Assembly (NCBI GenBank): GCA_001275005.1
Contig: JWZX01002772.1
Location: 1 to 42,383 of the forward strand
Length of the DNA: 42,383 nt
Direction of reading: 5' to 3'
Source of the DNA: Chrysochromulina tobinii
Taxonomy: Eukaryota
Positions 30,347 to 40,606 of the stretch are shown here, one piece after another. Every line of letters begins with the position of its first letter. Positions within the stretch are counted from its first letter, which is position 1. The notes below the pieces were generated by a model. It saw only the letters and a program-made list of their open reading frames with translations. It made no database searches and was not told where the DNA came from. A program made the position numbers and the translations under genes.

Positions 30347-31081
30347 ATGGACGCCGTGACCGAAACCCCACGCCAGCCAGACAGCTGGGTCCGCTGCCTT
30401 GGCTGGCAGAACCTAGAGTTCACCACAGAGTCACTTTCTGCAGCGGTCGTATCAACGCTCGTGGCTCTCAGCATGCCATACACTGTCGTGGAGACCATGG
30501 GACAGCTTGTCGTGACCTTCGTGGTGTACCCAGTTGAACCTGATGCGTGTGAGCTCATGCCGATGACGGACGATCTCATGGCATCAGCAGAGTTAATATC
30601 GGAAAGGTCAGGTCTGCGCGTGAGCATCCACATCTTTGCCGCCGACGCTGAGAATGCTGGCAAGCACAACGTCAACCTCCGCCGCACAACAGGCAATCCC
30701 TGGCACTTCCAGGCCTTCTATACGGCGTTTCGACGTGAGTTCTCATCGCAAATCGGCCTGCCGGACGAGGCGGCCCTCTCTCTATATTCGCCGATGCAGC
30801 CGAGACGCGACATCGCCGAAAGCAGCGCACCAGCGGCCGGCTGGAACTGCGGGACCTTCGGCCGCGGGCTACAGGGCAGCGGGAAGCCACCTCAGCTGGT
30901 CGGTCACGAGCTGAGGCGATCGGGCGTGACCGACTTCCTAGGCACGATGCGAGTAGATTCCCAGCAGCAGCAGCACCACCACCAGCTGCAGCACCCACAG
31001 GCGGCCGATACGACAACGGGTCTTCGCTACACGAGCAAACGACCTTGGGTGCTTGGGGGTCTACCAAGCCCCTTCTCATGA
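30347..31081 (+). CDS. Protein with a KA1 (kinase-associated 1)-like domain but no kinase domain
   Basis: VSIHIF...HNVNLRRTTGNPWHFQAFYTAFRREF matches the KA1 C-terminal VxxxRxxGxxxxFxxFY pattern; ATG 30347. Confidence 0.55.
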   Translation: MDAVTETPRQPDSWVRCLGWQNLEFTTESLSAAVVSTLVALSMPYTVVETMGQLVVTFVVYPVEPDACELMPMTDDLMASAELISERSGLRVSIHIFAADAENAGKHNVNLRRTTGNPWHFQAFYTAFRREFSSQIGLPDEAALSLYSPMQPRRDIAESSAPAAGWNCGTFGRGLQGSGKPPQLVGHELRRSGVTDFLGTMRVDSQQQQHHHQLQHPQAADTTTGLRYTSKRPWVLGGLPSPFS

Positions 31082-31535
31082 ACGCAGCGCATGCCAGAGA
31101 CGCATGATCTTAAATCTGCTCTAGCATGCAAGGCGATCCCGTACAGGGCAACCGTGAATAGCACGCGTGGCAGCTCAGGGCCGAGCAAGAGAGGGGATGC
31201 GCCATGGTCCGCGCGGCCATAGACTACAAGGTCTGTGCCGGGTTGCCGGCACCGCTTGCACATCATGGATGTTCATACACCAGTCAGTGTGAGTCAGTGT
31301 GGACTTAGATTAAGATTTTGTTACAAGATGAAGAAACCTGCCTTACGACCGTAACGGAACTAAATGCCTCACGTTCCAGCGTCGTCGCGAAGTCATTTTC
31401 CGCCTCCATCGTGCCACCATTCCTCTCAGTCTCCCACGCTCGCCCACGAAGCACGATGACAACAGGGATCAGCATACTATTCCTAGAGAAGGTTGTGAGT
31501 GGTCCCTCGATGGGTCCGTTGCGGCTCGCTCGCGC

Positions 31536-34500
31536 TCACACAACGATCGAAGCCCGTTTGTTGATGGAGTCCACGTTCCCGCCGAGAAGGTATTCAAGCA
31601 TACGCTCCGCAAGCTGCGACCTCGAGCCCGTCGTGACGATGCCTGCCTCCGCCAATTGCTCAATGAGCTCATCGACGCTCAAGCTCGCCACCATGTCGGC
31701 CGCTGCATCGATTCGTTTCTGCTCGGCGTCGATTTGGGCGACTTCGGGGAGGGGAAGGGCGTGAAGTGACAGTGATGGGACGCTCGGGCGGGTCGGAGAA
31801 GAGGGGGCGATGGCGGCGGCGAAGGCGGCGGCGGAGGAGGAAGAGGCGGCGTCGGAGGCGGAGGAGGCGGAGGCGGAGGCGACGGCGGCGGCGGCGGCGG
31901 CGGAGGCGGAGGAGGTTGAGGCGGAGGCACCCGGAGGGAGGTGAGCCACCCTTATCGAGCGCTGTATCGAGCGCGGCAGCCCTCGGCGCGGGCGAGTCCG
32001 CATGAACATCCGTGTACTCGTCCACAGGAAATGTCGACGCCGCCGTGGCCTTCTCACTGCTGGAAGGTTGGTGGAGTGCCATCGGCGGTAGCGGAGTCGC
32101 AAGAGCTGCGGCATCGAGCTCAGCGGGAGCGCGGGAAGGCGAGGGCGCAAACCACGAGAAGGGGTTGAGCCACCCAAAGGTACTGCCGGCCTCGTTGACG
32201 ACTCTCGCGAGGTCGCCCTCACCTGCCGCGAGCTGCGCGGCCAAGGCGCCCACGAATTCGTCAAACTCGATCGTACCGGTGTGATCCGCGTCTGCCTTGG
32301 CCAGGAGGGCTGCGAGCTGCTCCTCGCTGAGCAAGATCCTGGCCGCCGTCACCACGCGCTGCAGCTCGCGCGCGTCGATGCTGCCCGAGCGATCCTGATC
32401 GAACTCGTCAAAGATGGGACGCATCAAGAGGCGAAGCTCCTCAAGCGTTGGGGCGGCGCTCACCTCGGCGCTATTCGGCGATCCGACGCCGGTGGGCGCC
32501 TCGATCTCCTCGAGCGAGATCTGGGCCTCCTCGATCTCCTCGAGCTCGTGCGGCGGCATGAGCGCAAGCACGGGCTCCCTGCGCTGCTTCCTCAGCCCTT
32601 CCCCCACGTACTGCACGCTCGGGTGGCTCACTCCGAGGGTCTTCTTTGCATGCGCGAGCCCAACGAACGCGTCGCGGATGAGCTTGGACGCCTCCTCGGC
32701 CTCGCCCTTTTTGCGCAGCAGCGCTCCGAGGTTGCTCGACGAGATGAGCGTGTCTAGATGGTACTCCCCCAGCGTCTCCTTGCTCCCCAACAACCCTTGA
32801 CGGAGGAGCACGGCGGCCTCTTCGGTGTCCCACGCATGGCCTGTCGCCTGCAACAAGCAGCCCAGATTGTTGATGCACACGAGGCGCAGCGCCTCGAGGC
32901 TGTGCTTGGGGCCTGTGCCGAGGAGCACCGAGCACGTGGCCAGCGCCTCCCGATACAGCGCCTCTGCCTCCTCGAGCAGCTCGGTCTGGGCCGCCGACCT
33001 CTCGCCGGCCTCGCCGCTCTGCTCAAAGAGCACGTTGCCCAGATTGTTCATCGACTTGATCGTGTCCTCGTGCCCATTGCCCAGCGACGCGCGCCGACCC
33101 GCGAGCGCCTCGCGCAGAAGGGGCGTCGCCGCCGCCAGCTCGCCGCGGTACCGGTGCAGGTTGCCCAGGCTGCTGTACGCGGCGAGCGTCGATGGGTGAT
33201 GCTTGCCTAGTTTGGAGCGCCGGCCAGCGAGGCATTCCTTGAAGAGCGTCTTCGCCGCGTCGATGTCGCCCTGCGCATACTTCGCCACCGCCAGGTTGTT
33301 CATCGAGATCAGCGTGCTCTGGTGGCCGCTCCCTAGGGTCTCTCGCCGCACCTTGAGGGTGGACTCGTAGAGCTCGGCGGCCGCCTCGACCTTCCCTTGC
33401 GACTTGAGCAGGTACGCGAGCTCGTTGCTTGCGTTCAGCGACTCGGGGTGTCGCGCACCGTAGCGTTCGCGTACGAGGGCCACCTCGACGTGCTTGTACA
33501 TGAGCCCGAGGTGAGGGATCAAATTCGACGTCTTCCTCTCCTCCAAGGGCAGCCGCGCGAGTGCCCGACGGCCGTGCTGCAGGATGGCGCGACGTAACAA
33601 GATCTTGGCATGCTCGTTCGCCTCCGCGAGTGAGCCGCCATTCGTCGCGAGGCGGCGGAGCAGCCGCTCGCGGTCCGCGCGCCGCCGGAACTCGGCGGTC
33701 CGCAGGTCGAGCTTCGAGATGCGCGCGAGGAGCGCTTCCACGGCCTCGAACCGATGATGCAACGCCCATTCAAACGTGGTGCGCTGCTCGGAGGCCATGA
33801 CGAGCTCGAATCGGTTCGCAATCGTGGTGACGCCGAGGACGGACGTGCCCGTGCGGTACGTTTGCACCGCCTCGCACAGGCAGTTTGCCCGGCGCAGCGC
33901 GTGCGGCTCATGCCAAGGGTCGAGTAGCATCACGGTACGCCCCACCTCTGCGTGGACGAACTCGACGTGCTTTTGCGCGGCGCGCAGGCCCCGCTCGTTG
34001 AGCCGCACGCAGAGGTCGAAGAGCCAGAAGCACGTCGTCTCGCGCGGCAGCTTGTGGTAGCGAAGAAAGCTCTCGAGGGCGTCGATTAGCGTCACCATCT
34101 TCGTTCGGCGAGGGCAGCTCACGATGACGGACGCCGGGCCGACAGCCTTCGGGTTCTTGGTCTGCAGCCGCTCGCAGTACGAGTACCCCTCGTCGTCCTG
34201 GCTGCACCTCTGCTCAAGGAAGTGCCTGGACACGTACCCGTCGAGCACGCGCGCGCCCGGGTTGGCGTACCCAAAGTCACCCGTCGCGTAAAAGTCGGGC
34301 GTCGTGTGCAAGAACTGCTCGGGCGCGTCGGCGGGTAGGCCGTCGACCCACGCCTGTAAGCCGCCCACGGTGATCCCGAGCGCGAGGTACTCGGGCGGCG
34401 CGTCGATCGGGGCATCCGCCCAGCGCAGCGCCACCTTGACACGATCGAGCGTTCGGTACGCCTTTCGCGCCGCCTTGGCCACTTCCGCCGCCCCCTCCTC

Positions 34501-36168
34501 GCGGCTCGTCGCGTCTTCGGCAGCCTTCCTGGCACGCTGGAACGCCTCCATCTCGGCGGCTTCCTTCGCCTTCTCCTTGGCCTCGCGTCGCTGGGCCGCC
34601 TCCTTGGCCGCTCGCTCCTCTCGCGCACGCGCCGCCGCCTCCTGGGCCGCTTGCTGCTTCTCCATGAGGGCGGTCTTCGACGTCGCCTCGCGGGAAGCAG
34701 CCGCGGGCACTATCGGGCCCCCAGCCTTCGGCTTCGAGCGCGGCGGTGGCGGCGGAGGCGTCGTCGCGGTCACGAGACTCCCCTCCTCGACGAGCGCGAC
34801 CAACGAGCCGCCTCCGCCGCCAGCACCGCGCCGCCCCTTGCCCCCCGAAGGGCTCCTGCCCAGCGCCAAAAAGTCCCGATCGGAGTTGTGCTCGGAGCCC
34901 GTGCGCTGCGAAGTGGCCGGCTCGGCCAAGCCCGTGTTCAGCTTGGGCGGCGTCAGTGCGGGTGCAGGTGTGGGCGCGGCTCCCCCCTTGGGCGTCGTCA
35001 TGGGCGTCGTCTTGGGCGTGGTCATGGGCGTCGTCTTGGTCGTCGTCTTTTGCGTGGCCGCGGCGTTCATCATGGAGCTCAGATCTCGGCGCTCATCCCG
35101 ACGCATCAGGGCGTCTGGGGAGAGCGCCTCCCCGCCGCCAGGGCTCATCACCTTGTGACTTCCCTTCTGACTCACCTTGTGACTCCCCGGGCCCTGTGAA
35201 GACATCGGGGAGGAGTACTGTGAAGACATCGGGGAGGAGAACGCCCCCTCCAAATCATCCTTGTCGCCCAATGTCACGTAGCTCGCGTCCTCGCCGAAAC
35301 AAAAGATCCAGCAGCGGCGAAGATTCCTGCGCAGCCGGTAGAGGAGGCGCGCGATGCACACGCCAAAGCAGAGGTAGGCCATCACCGCCAGGTCGACCGT
35401 CCAGAGAGACCACGAAGCCACCAGCACAAATTGATTGTGCGCCGGGTCGCACGCGAAGCTCGACCAGACGGAGCGGCTGGGCGAGAGCTGACGATCGAGC
35501 ACGGTCGCGCTCGATCGAGCGCTGACGCTCTCGCTGTGCGATGCACCGCACGAGAGGCAGCATGTCGTCAACTGTTGGGGCGAGCACAGTTGCAGCCCCA
35601 ACTGCTCGCACTGGTCCACGGCGACGAGGTAGCTAACGTTCTGGCAGATGGACATGGCGCACGTGTTGGCGGTGGCGCGGCAGCAGCTGACGGTGGCCCT
35701 CTGATCGGCGTCGACGCAATGTTCGGGCGAGATGAATGATAAGCCCGTCGAGGAGCACGCTTCCACCGCTACGGCGAAGGATGGTGGCGGCAGCGGAGGA
35801 GGCGGTGGTGGCGGCGGCGATGGCGGCGGGTTTGGTGGTGGCGGCGGTGGCGGGTCTGGCGGCGGCGGCGGTGGCGGCGGTGGCGGCGATGGCGGCGGTG
35901 GCGGCGGTGGTGATGGCGATGGCGGCGGATGATGAGGATGATGATGATGACGGGGGGGCACCGAGGCCTCAGCCGCCGCCACATCGGCCGCCGCGGCCGC
36001 GGCGTCCACCATGAGAGACTCCGAGGTCTCCGAACAATGTGCCCATTCGATTGCAAAGAGAAACAAGAGGCTCAGCACAAACTGTGCACGCGCTGAAGAT
36101 GCTTTGCGGCGGCCCGCAGCCTTCCAGCACGTGGAGCGAAAGATCATGTGCGTCGGGGGCGGCTTCAT
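31536..36168 (-). CDS. Large receptor-like protein: signal peptide, Pro-rich, Cys-rich ectodomain, TM, TIR/HET-like domain, kinesin-light-chain-type TPRs, EF-hand pair, and a C-terminal SAP motif after an apparent frameshift near 31931
   Basis: 1499 aa ORF 31669..36168: FVLSLLFLFAIEWAHC, a Cys cluster, TM ending YLCFGVCIARLL, repeated LGxxHxxTLxSxNNL TPRs and DQDRSGSID/DADHTGTIE EF-hands. SAP motif LSVDELIEQLAEAGIVTTGSRSQLAERMLEYL lies in the frame ending at 31536. Confidence 0.75.
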
Positions 36169-36385
36169 TTTGGTGCGAGTTTGAGTTTCGGAAAATGTTT
36201 TCCGGGCAAGGTGAATTCCACACGGCGCGTGTCCAGGGTATGAGAAGGCTCATGCACCTGGAGAGGCCTCAGAACAGCGCGTTCATAGCCTTGAGCTGAC
36301 TAGTTTTACAATCGGACGATACTATTCGGACGCGCCGCGAACTTGCGTGGTAGGCAGACTCGCCCACGCGCTGCTGCGCGCGGCG

Positions 36386-37720
36386 ATGACGATCAGCCAG
36401 CTATTCGTGCTTGCGCCCAACGGGCACACGATCGTGCACAAGGACTACCGCGGAGACGTGAGCAAGGATGCGCCCGAGATCTTCCTGCGGAAGGTCGTCG
36501 ATAAGCTGGATGCCCCTATTTTCACGGTCGACGGCGTCAACTACGTCTGCGTGCGCAAGAACGGGATCACGTTTCTGGCCACGACCGTGTACAACGTGCC
36601 GCCCGCCTTTATCATCGAGCTGCTCACGCAGCTCACCAAGGTGTGCAAGGACTACATCGGCGTCCTCAACGAGGAGAGCTTGCGCAAGAACTTCACGCTG
36701 GTGTACGAGCTTGTCGACGAGATCCTCGACTTCGGCTGGCCGCAGAGCGCCTCGACCGCGGAGCTGCAGCCCTTCATCTTCAACAAGGCCGCGGAGGTGA
36801 GCGCGAGCAAGGAGACGGTCAGCCGCACGGGCTTGTCCGCGCTCAAGGCGGCGCCGAAGACGATGTCCTCAAAGGCGGTGCACAAGCCGATCTCGATGAA
36901 GAACGAAGGCACGGGCAAGAATGAGATCTTCGTGGACGTCATCGACCGCATCTCGGCCACCTTCGACTCGAGCGGCCGTGTGCGCACCTTTGCCATCGAC
37001 GGCTCGATTCAGATGAAGAGCTACCTGACCGGCGAACCGACGCTGCACCTGGCGCTGAACAACGAGCTCGTGATCGCAGGGATGGGGCAGCGCGCGGGGT
37101 ACGGGATGATCGAGCTCGACAACGTCAACTTCCACGAGTGCGTCAACGTCGACCAGTTTGAGGCCGATCGCATGCTCACCCTCCAGCCACCCCACGGAGA
37201 GTTTGTGCTCATGAACTTCCATATCGGCTCGATGCGCTCCGAGTCGCAGATCCCCTTCCGCATCTCCCCGATGCTCTCCGCCCTCTCCGAGTACAAGCAG
37301 GAGCTCCGGCTGCAGATCCGCGCCGAGTTCCCCGACAAGTTCCACGGTGCCAACGTCAAGGTGGTCTTCACAGTCCCAAAGTCGTCTACCGGCGCGACGG
37401 TCGAGCTCGCTCCCGGTGCCAAGCAACAGACCTGGGAGTATGACGACGCGACCAAGTCGGTGACGTGGCTGATCCGCAAGTTCCCGGGCGGCTCGACCCA
37501 GGCCGTCTCGTGCAAGTTCGTCGTCAAGAGCGAGACCAACGTTGCCAAAGAGATGGGACCCGTCTCACTCGCCTTCGAGATCCCCATGTACAACATCTCG
37601 CAGCTGCAGGTGCAGCACCTGAAGATCGTCGAGCGAAATAAGTCGTACAATCCCCACAGGTGGGTGCGCTGCCTCACGCACGCCGAGTCGTACGTCTGCC
37701 GCATGGGGGCGGGCTCGTGA
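36386..37720 (+). CDS. AP4M1: Adaptor protein complex AP-4 mu subunit
   Basis: ISQLFVL, LNEESLRKNFTLVYELVDEILDFG.PQ, KNEIFVDV, IDGSIQMKSYL.G.P.L.LALN and PHRWVRCLT..SYVCR are typical of mu4; ATG 36386. Confidence 0.88.
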   Translation: MTISQLFVLAPNGHTIVHKDYRGDVSKDAPEIFLRKVVDKLDAPIFTVDGVNYVCVRKNGITFLATTVYNVPPAFIIELLTQLTKVCKDYIGVLNEESLRKNFTLVYELVDEILDFGWPQSASTAELQPFIFNKAAEVSASKETVSRTGLSALKAAPKTMSSKAVHKPISMKNEGTGKNEIFVDVIDRISATFDSSGRVRTFAIDGSIQMKSYLTGEPTLHLALNNELVIAGMGQRAGYGMIELDNVNFHECVNVDQFEADRMLTLQPPHGEFVLMNFHIGSMRSESQIPFRISPMLSALSEYKQELRLQIRAEFPDKFHGANVKVVFTVPKSSTGATVELAPGAKQQTWEYDDATKSVTWLIRKFPGGSTQAVSCKFVVKSETNVAKEMGPVSLAFEIPMYNISQLQVQHLKIVERNKSYNPHRWVRCLTHAESYVCRMGAGS

Positions 37721-38179
37721 GCGTCGCTGGCCATCATGAGAGGGTGGCTTGTGCACGCAGGGGCCGCCGGTCGCGGGACCGGAGCACGCGGCACCCCCTC
37801 GGGTGTCCGTGTGCAGACTGCAGTTAAGCGTGTACAGGCGCCCGGGGACCCGGACTAAACCCGGACGTTTCTACGACGTCATAATACCCTGTCACTCTCC
37901 GACGTATCAACTATCATGTACGAACAGTCTGCCTAGCTAGTCTGCCCGCACTTTTCGTGTGCCCGATCGAGATTGCTAATAGTTTCTACGAGAGCTCGCG
38001 CTGCGGCCTCTCGTTTAGACGTTGCGGACCGGACGGGACACTGCGTGGTCTCGTCTTTCCGCGTTGAGTTCTTTGATCTTGGCCCTGGCAGGCTGGCACA
38101 CCTGTGGTTTATTGTTTTGGTGCACGAAACGAACACGCGCGCACACGAGCGCGCGAATTCATGTTGATCCACAGCGGCA

Positions 38180-38611
38180 TCATGATGGCTTCTGCTCTGG
38201 CGCCGCGCCGCTGCTGGATGCCGCTGCCCCATCGGCCGCGCTGGTACCCTCTACTGACTCTGCGTCACTATCAGCCTCTTCCCGAGGAAAGAGGACGTCA
38301 AAGGGGACCCTTGGAGGGACGCGACGCGGCGCGGGCGGCAGGACCTCGGCGATGCCAAGCAGCTTGGCCACGCGCTCGGATGGTTCGGCGCCAACCATCA
38401 TCCAGTGCTTGATGCGGTCGATCTTGAGCGAGACCTGCTTGTTGCCATGCATGTCGGGGATCGGGTCGTACGTGCCGAGGATCTCGTGGAACTTGCCGTC
38501 GCGGCTCGAATATCGCGATTTCGCGACGATGCGGTACACGGGCCGGTGGATCCGGCCGAAGCGCTGAAGGCTGATGCGCAGCGACGAGGGTCCGCGGTTC
38601 GAGAGTGACAT
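38180..38611 (-). CDS. MRPS16: Nucleus-encoded organellar (probably mitochondrial) ribosomal protein bS16
   Basis: LRISLQRFGRIHRPVYRIVA...RDGKFHEILGTYDPIP...DRIKHWMMVGAEPSERVAKLLG..VLPP; ATG 38611. Confidence 0.88.
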   Translation of the reverse strand: MSLSNRGPSSLRISLQRFGRIHRPVYRIVAKSRYSSRDGKFHEILGTYDPIPDMHGNKQVSLKIDRIKHWMMVGAEPSERVAKLLGIAEVLPPAPRRVPPRVPFDVLFPREEADSDAESVEGTSAADGAAASSSGAAPEQKPS

Positions 38612-38830
38612 GTCTCTGCTGTTCAACACAACGCGCCGCGCGCGCATAGGAAAATAAACTCTACCAACTCTGCCAAGACGGCGCGAATGGGCGCGAATAG
38701 GAATTGTTGGAAGGCTAATTCGTTGTATGAGAAATCCTACGCGTCGCAGCGTGTGGGGTTTTACACTGGGCGGGAACTCAGCTTTCGTCGCTTTCGGCGC
38801 GGAGTATGGGCTCTCCCGCTCGCGTCGCCC

Positions 38831-40093
38831 ATGTCGCTGCGCTCTGGCAGCAACCGTTCGAGGCAGTGGAGCTCGCGGCTGAGCCCGACCCTGTGGGACG
38901 TTGCACAGGTCGAAGGCCTACCGCATCCAGGCATGCTGCTCGTGCCCGATGCGGGGAAGGTCGAGGTCGAAGAGGGCTCTTCCCCGCTGGCGCTCATGAC
39001 GCAGCGCAGCAATGCGTCGCCGAAGAGGCCCGAGCCCTCTTCGCCCGTGGCCAATACAGCGGCTCACGCCGAATGCGATGAGCAGGGCGAGGATGAGGAG
39101 GCCGTCCCCGAGGCAGCAGTGGCTGCGCCGGGCAATTTGCTCGGCGGCGACAACGAGGCAGCACTGGCCAGCCGCCGCCGCAAGCGGGATGCGTGCGTCG
39201 CGGACCCTTGCGCCGTCGTCCTCGAGCGGCGCTCGCGCCCAAAGGCCGCGGCGGGTCCGGTCGACATCCCCCCGGAGGTGCGCGAGTGGCTCAGGCAGCC
39301 GACCCGGAAGACGGGTAAGAGGAGGCGTGCAGCCACATGGTCCGATGCTAAGGAGAAGCTGACGCGGCTTGGGCTGCTCAAGAGCTCGAGCCCGACGCTC
39401 GCGGTTGGCACCATCATCCACCTCTTCCGGCACGGCTCCGATGCCACTATCCGCGCGTACGATCCAGTGCGAAGGGCATACCGCGTGTACGATCATACGG
39501 AGCAACGTAACTACTACGAGGTGCTGCACGGGGCAGGCCATGTGAATTGGGATCTGATCGAGACCCCAATGCCGCCCGGCGCGCCATCATCATCATCATC
39601 AGCGCAGCAGCAGCAGCAGAAGCTCTCATCGCCAGCGACTAGTGGCGAGGGGCGCGCCGTCGGTGGCGACGGTGGCAGCCGCAGCTCTGGCCAACCGACC
39701 GTTACATGCTCTGGCCAACCGACGCGGCGGAAGCTGCAAGAGCACATGGCGGCGATGGATGCAGAGCGGCTCGACGACGCCGCCGAGCTCTGCGCCGTGT
39801 GTACCGACTCGCTTGACGAAACAGACGTCACCAATCCTGTGGGCGTCATGCCGTGCTGCGGCAAGCGAGTCCATAAGACCTGCGCCACAAAGTGGCGCGC
39901 GTCGAACAACAACCTAAAGGTGTACGTGAACGTGCCACTCAAGTACGAGGCGCCCGACACGCGCTGCTGCATGTTCTGCCGCAGCCCGGAGGCCACCAAG
40001 TACTGCTCAACTCGGCGCATGTTTGGCGCCGAGATCGAGGGCGCCGCGGGGCTGCCACCGCCCCCACCTGTGCCGCGTTGTAGACGCACGTGA
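38831..40093 (+). CDS. RING-finger protein
   Basis: C-terminal CAVC...PCCGKRVHKTC..KW...CMFCR; low-complexity N-terminus with a basic NLS-like segment. Start 38831 or 38687. Confidence 0.7.
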   Translation: MSLRSGSNRSRQWSSRLSPTLWDVAQVEGLPHPGMLLVPDAGKVEVEEGSSPLALMTQRSNASPKRPEPSSPVANTAAHAECDEQGEDEEAVPEAAVAAPGNLLGGDNEAALASRRRKRDACVADPCAVVLERRSRPKAAAGPVDIPPEVREWLRQPTRKTGKRRRAATWSDAKEKLTRLGLLKSSSPTLAVGTIIHLFRHGSDATIRAYDPVRRAYRVYDHTEQRNYYEVLHGAGHVNWDLIETPMPPGAPSSSSSAQQQQQKLSSPATSGEGRAVGGDGGSRSSGQPTVTCSGQPTRRKLQEHMAAMDAERLDDAAELCAVCTDSLDETDVTNPVGVMPCCGKRVHKTCATKWRASNNNLKVYVNVPLKYEAPDTRCCMFCRSPEATKYCSTRRMFGAEIEGAAGLPPPPPVPRCRRT

Positions 40094-40606
40094 GAGCGCG
40101 CACCCGATCGCCGCCCTCGATGCGACCGTGAGATCGCCGTGCGATCTCGAGGAGATCGCCGCCCTCATTCTTTCGTTTTGCTACGCGCAGGGCGGCGCGA
40201 GCGTGGCGGCGCTTCGCCGCCATCCATGCACTCTCTGATCACGTAAGCGTTCACGAGAGGAGCTTGTTCACGCTCTTCTCCCTCGATAAGATAACTTGCC
40301 GACTCGATCGTGCGGTGTGTGTGTGTGCAGTGTGGTTCTCGGTTATTTAAGGTGACGGATGTGAATCTGAATGTCTGTAAAGTGTTTGGCTCGTCGTGAA
40401 GATTGACGATTACGATCCTATCGTTATTTTCCTTATTTATTATGTGTGGAAGGCGCACCAGCTCGACGAGCATGTCGACGAGCAGGATGCGCCGGCGGTC
40501 GGGCACTGATCTCATGCCAAATTCGCATACTTGCAGTTCGGTCTTGCGAATCGACGAGATTGCCGCGAGAACCACTTGCTGCCGCGAGGGCGACCTTTCA
40601 AGATAG

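Noticed and set aside
31679..32005. Poly-Pro and poly-Arg ORFs
   Set aside because: Alternative-frame readings of a GCC/TCC-rich tract; the Ala/Ser frame leading to the SAP motif is more plausible.
604..39917. Numerous Arg/Ala/Pro-rich overlapping ORFs in the supplied track
   Set aside because: Antisense or off-frame shadows expected in high-GC coding DNA.
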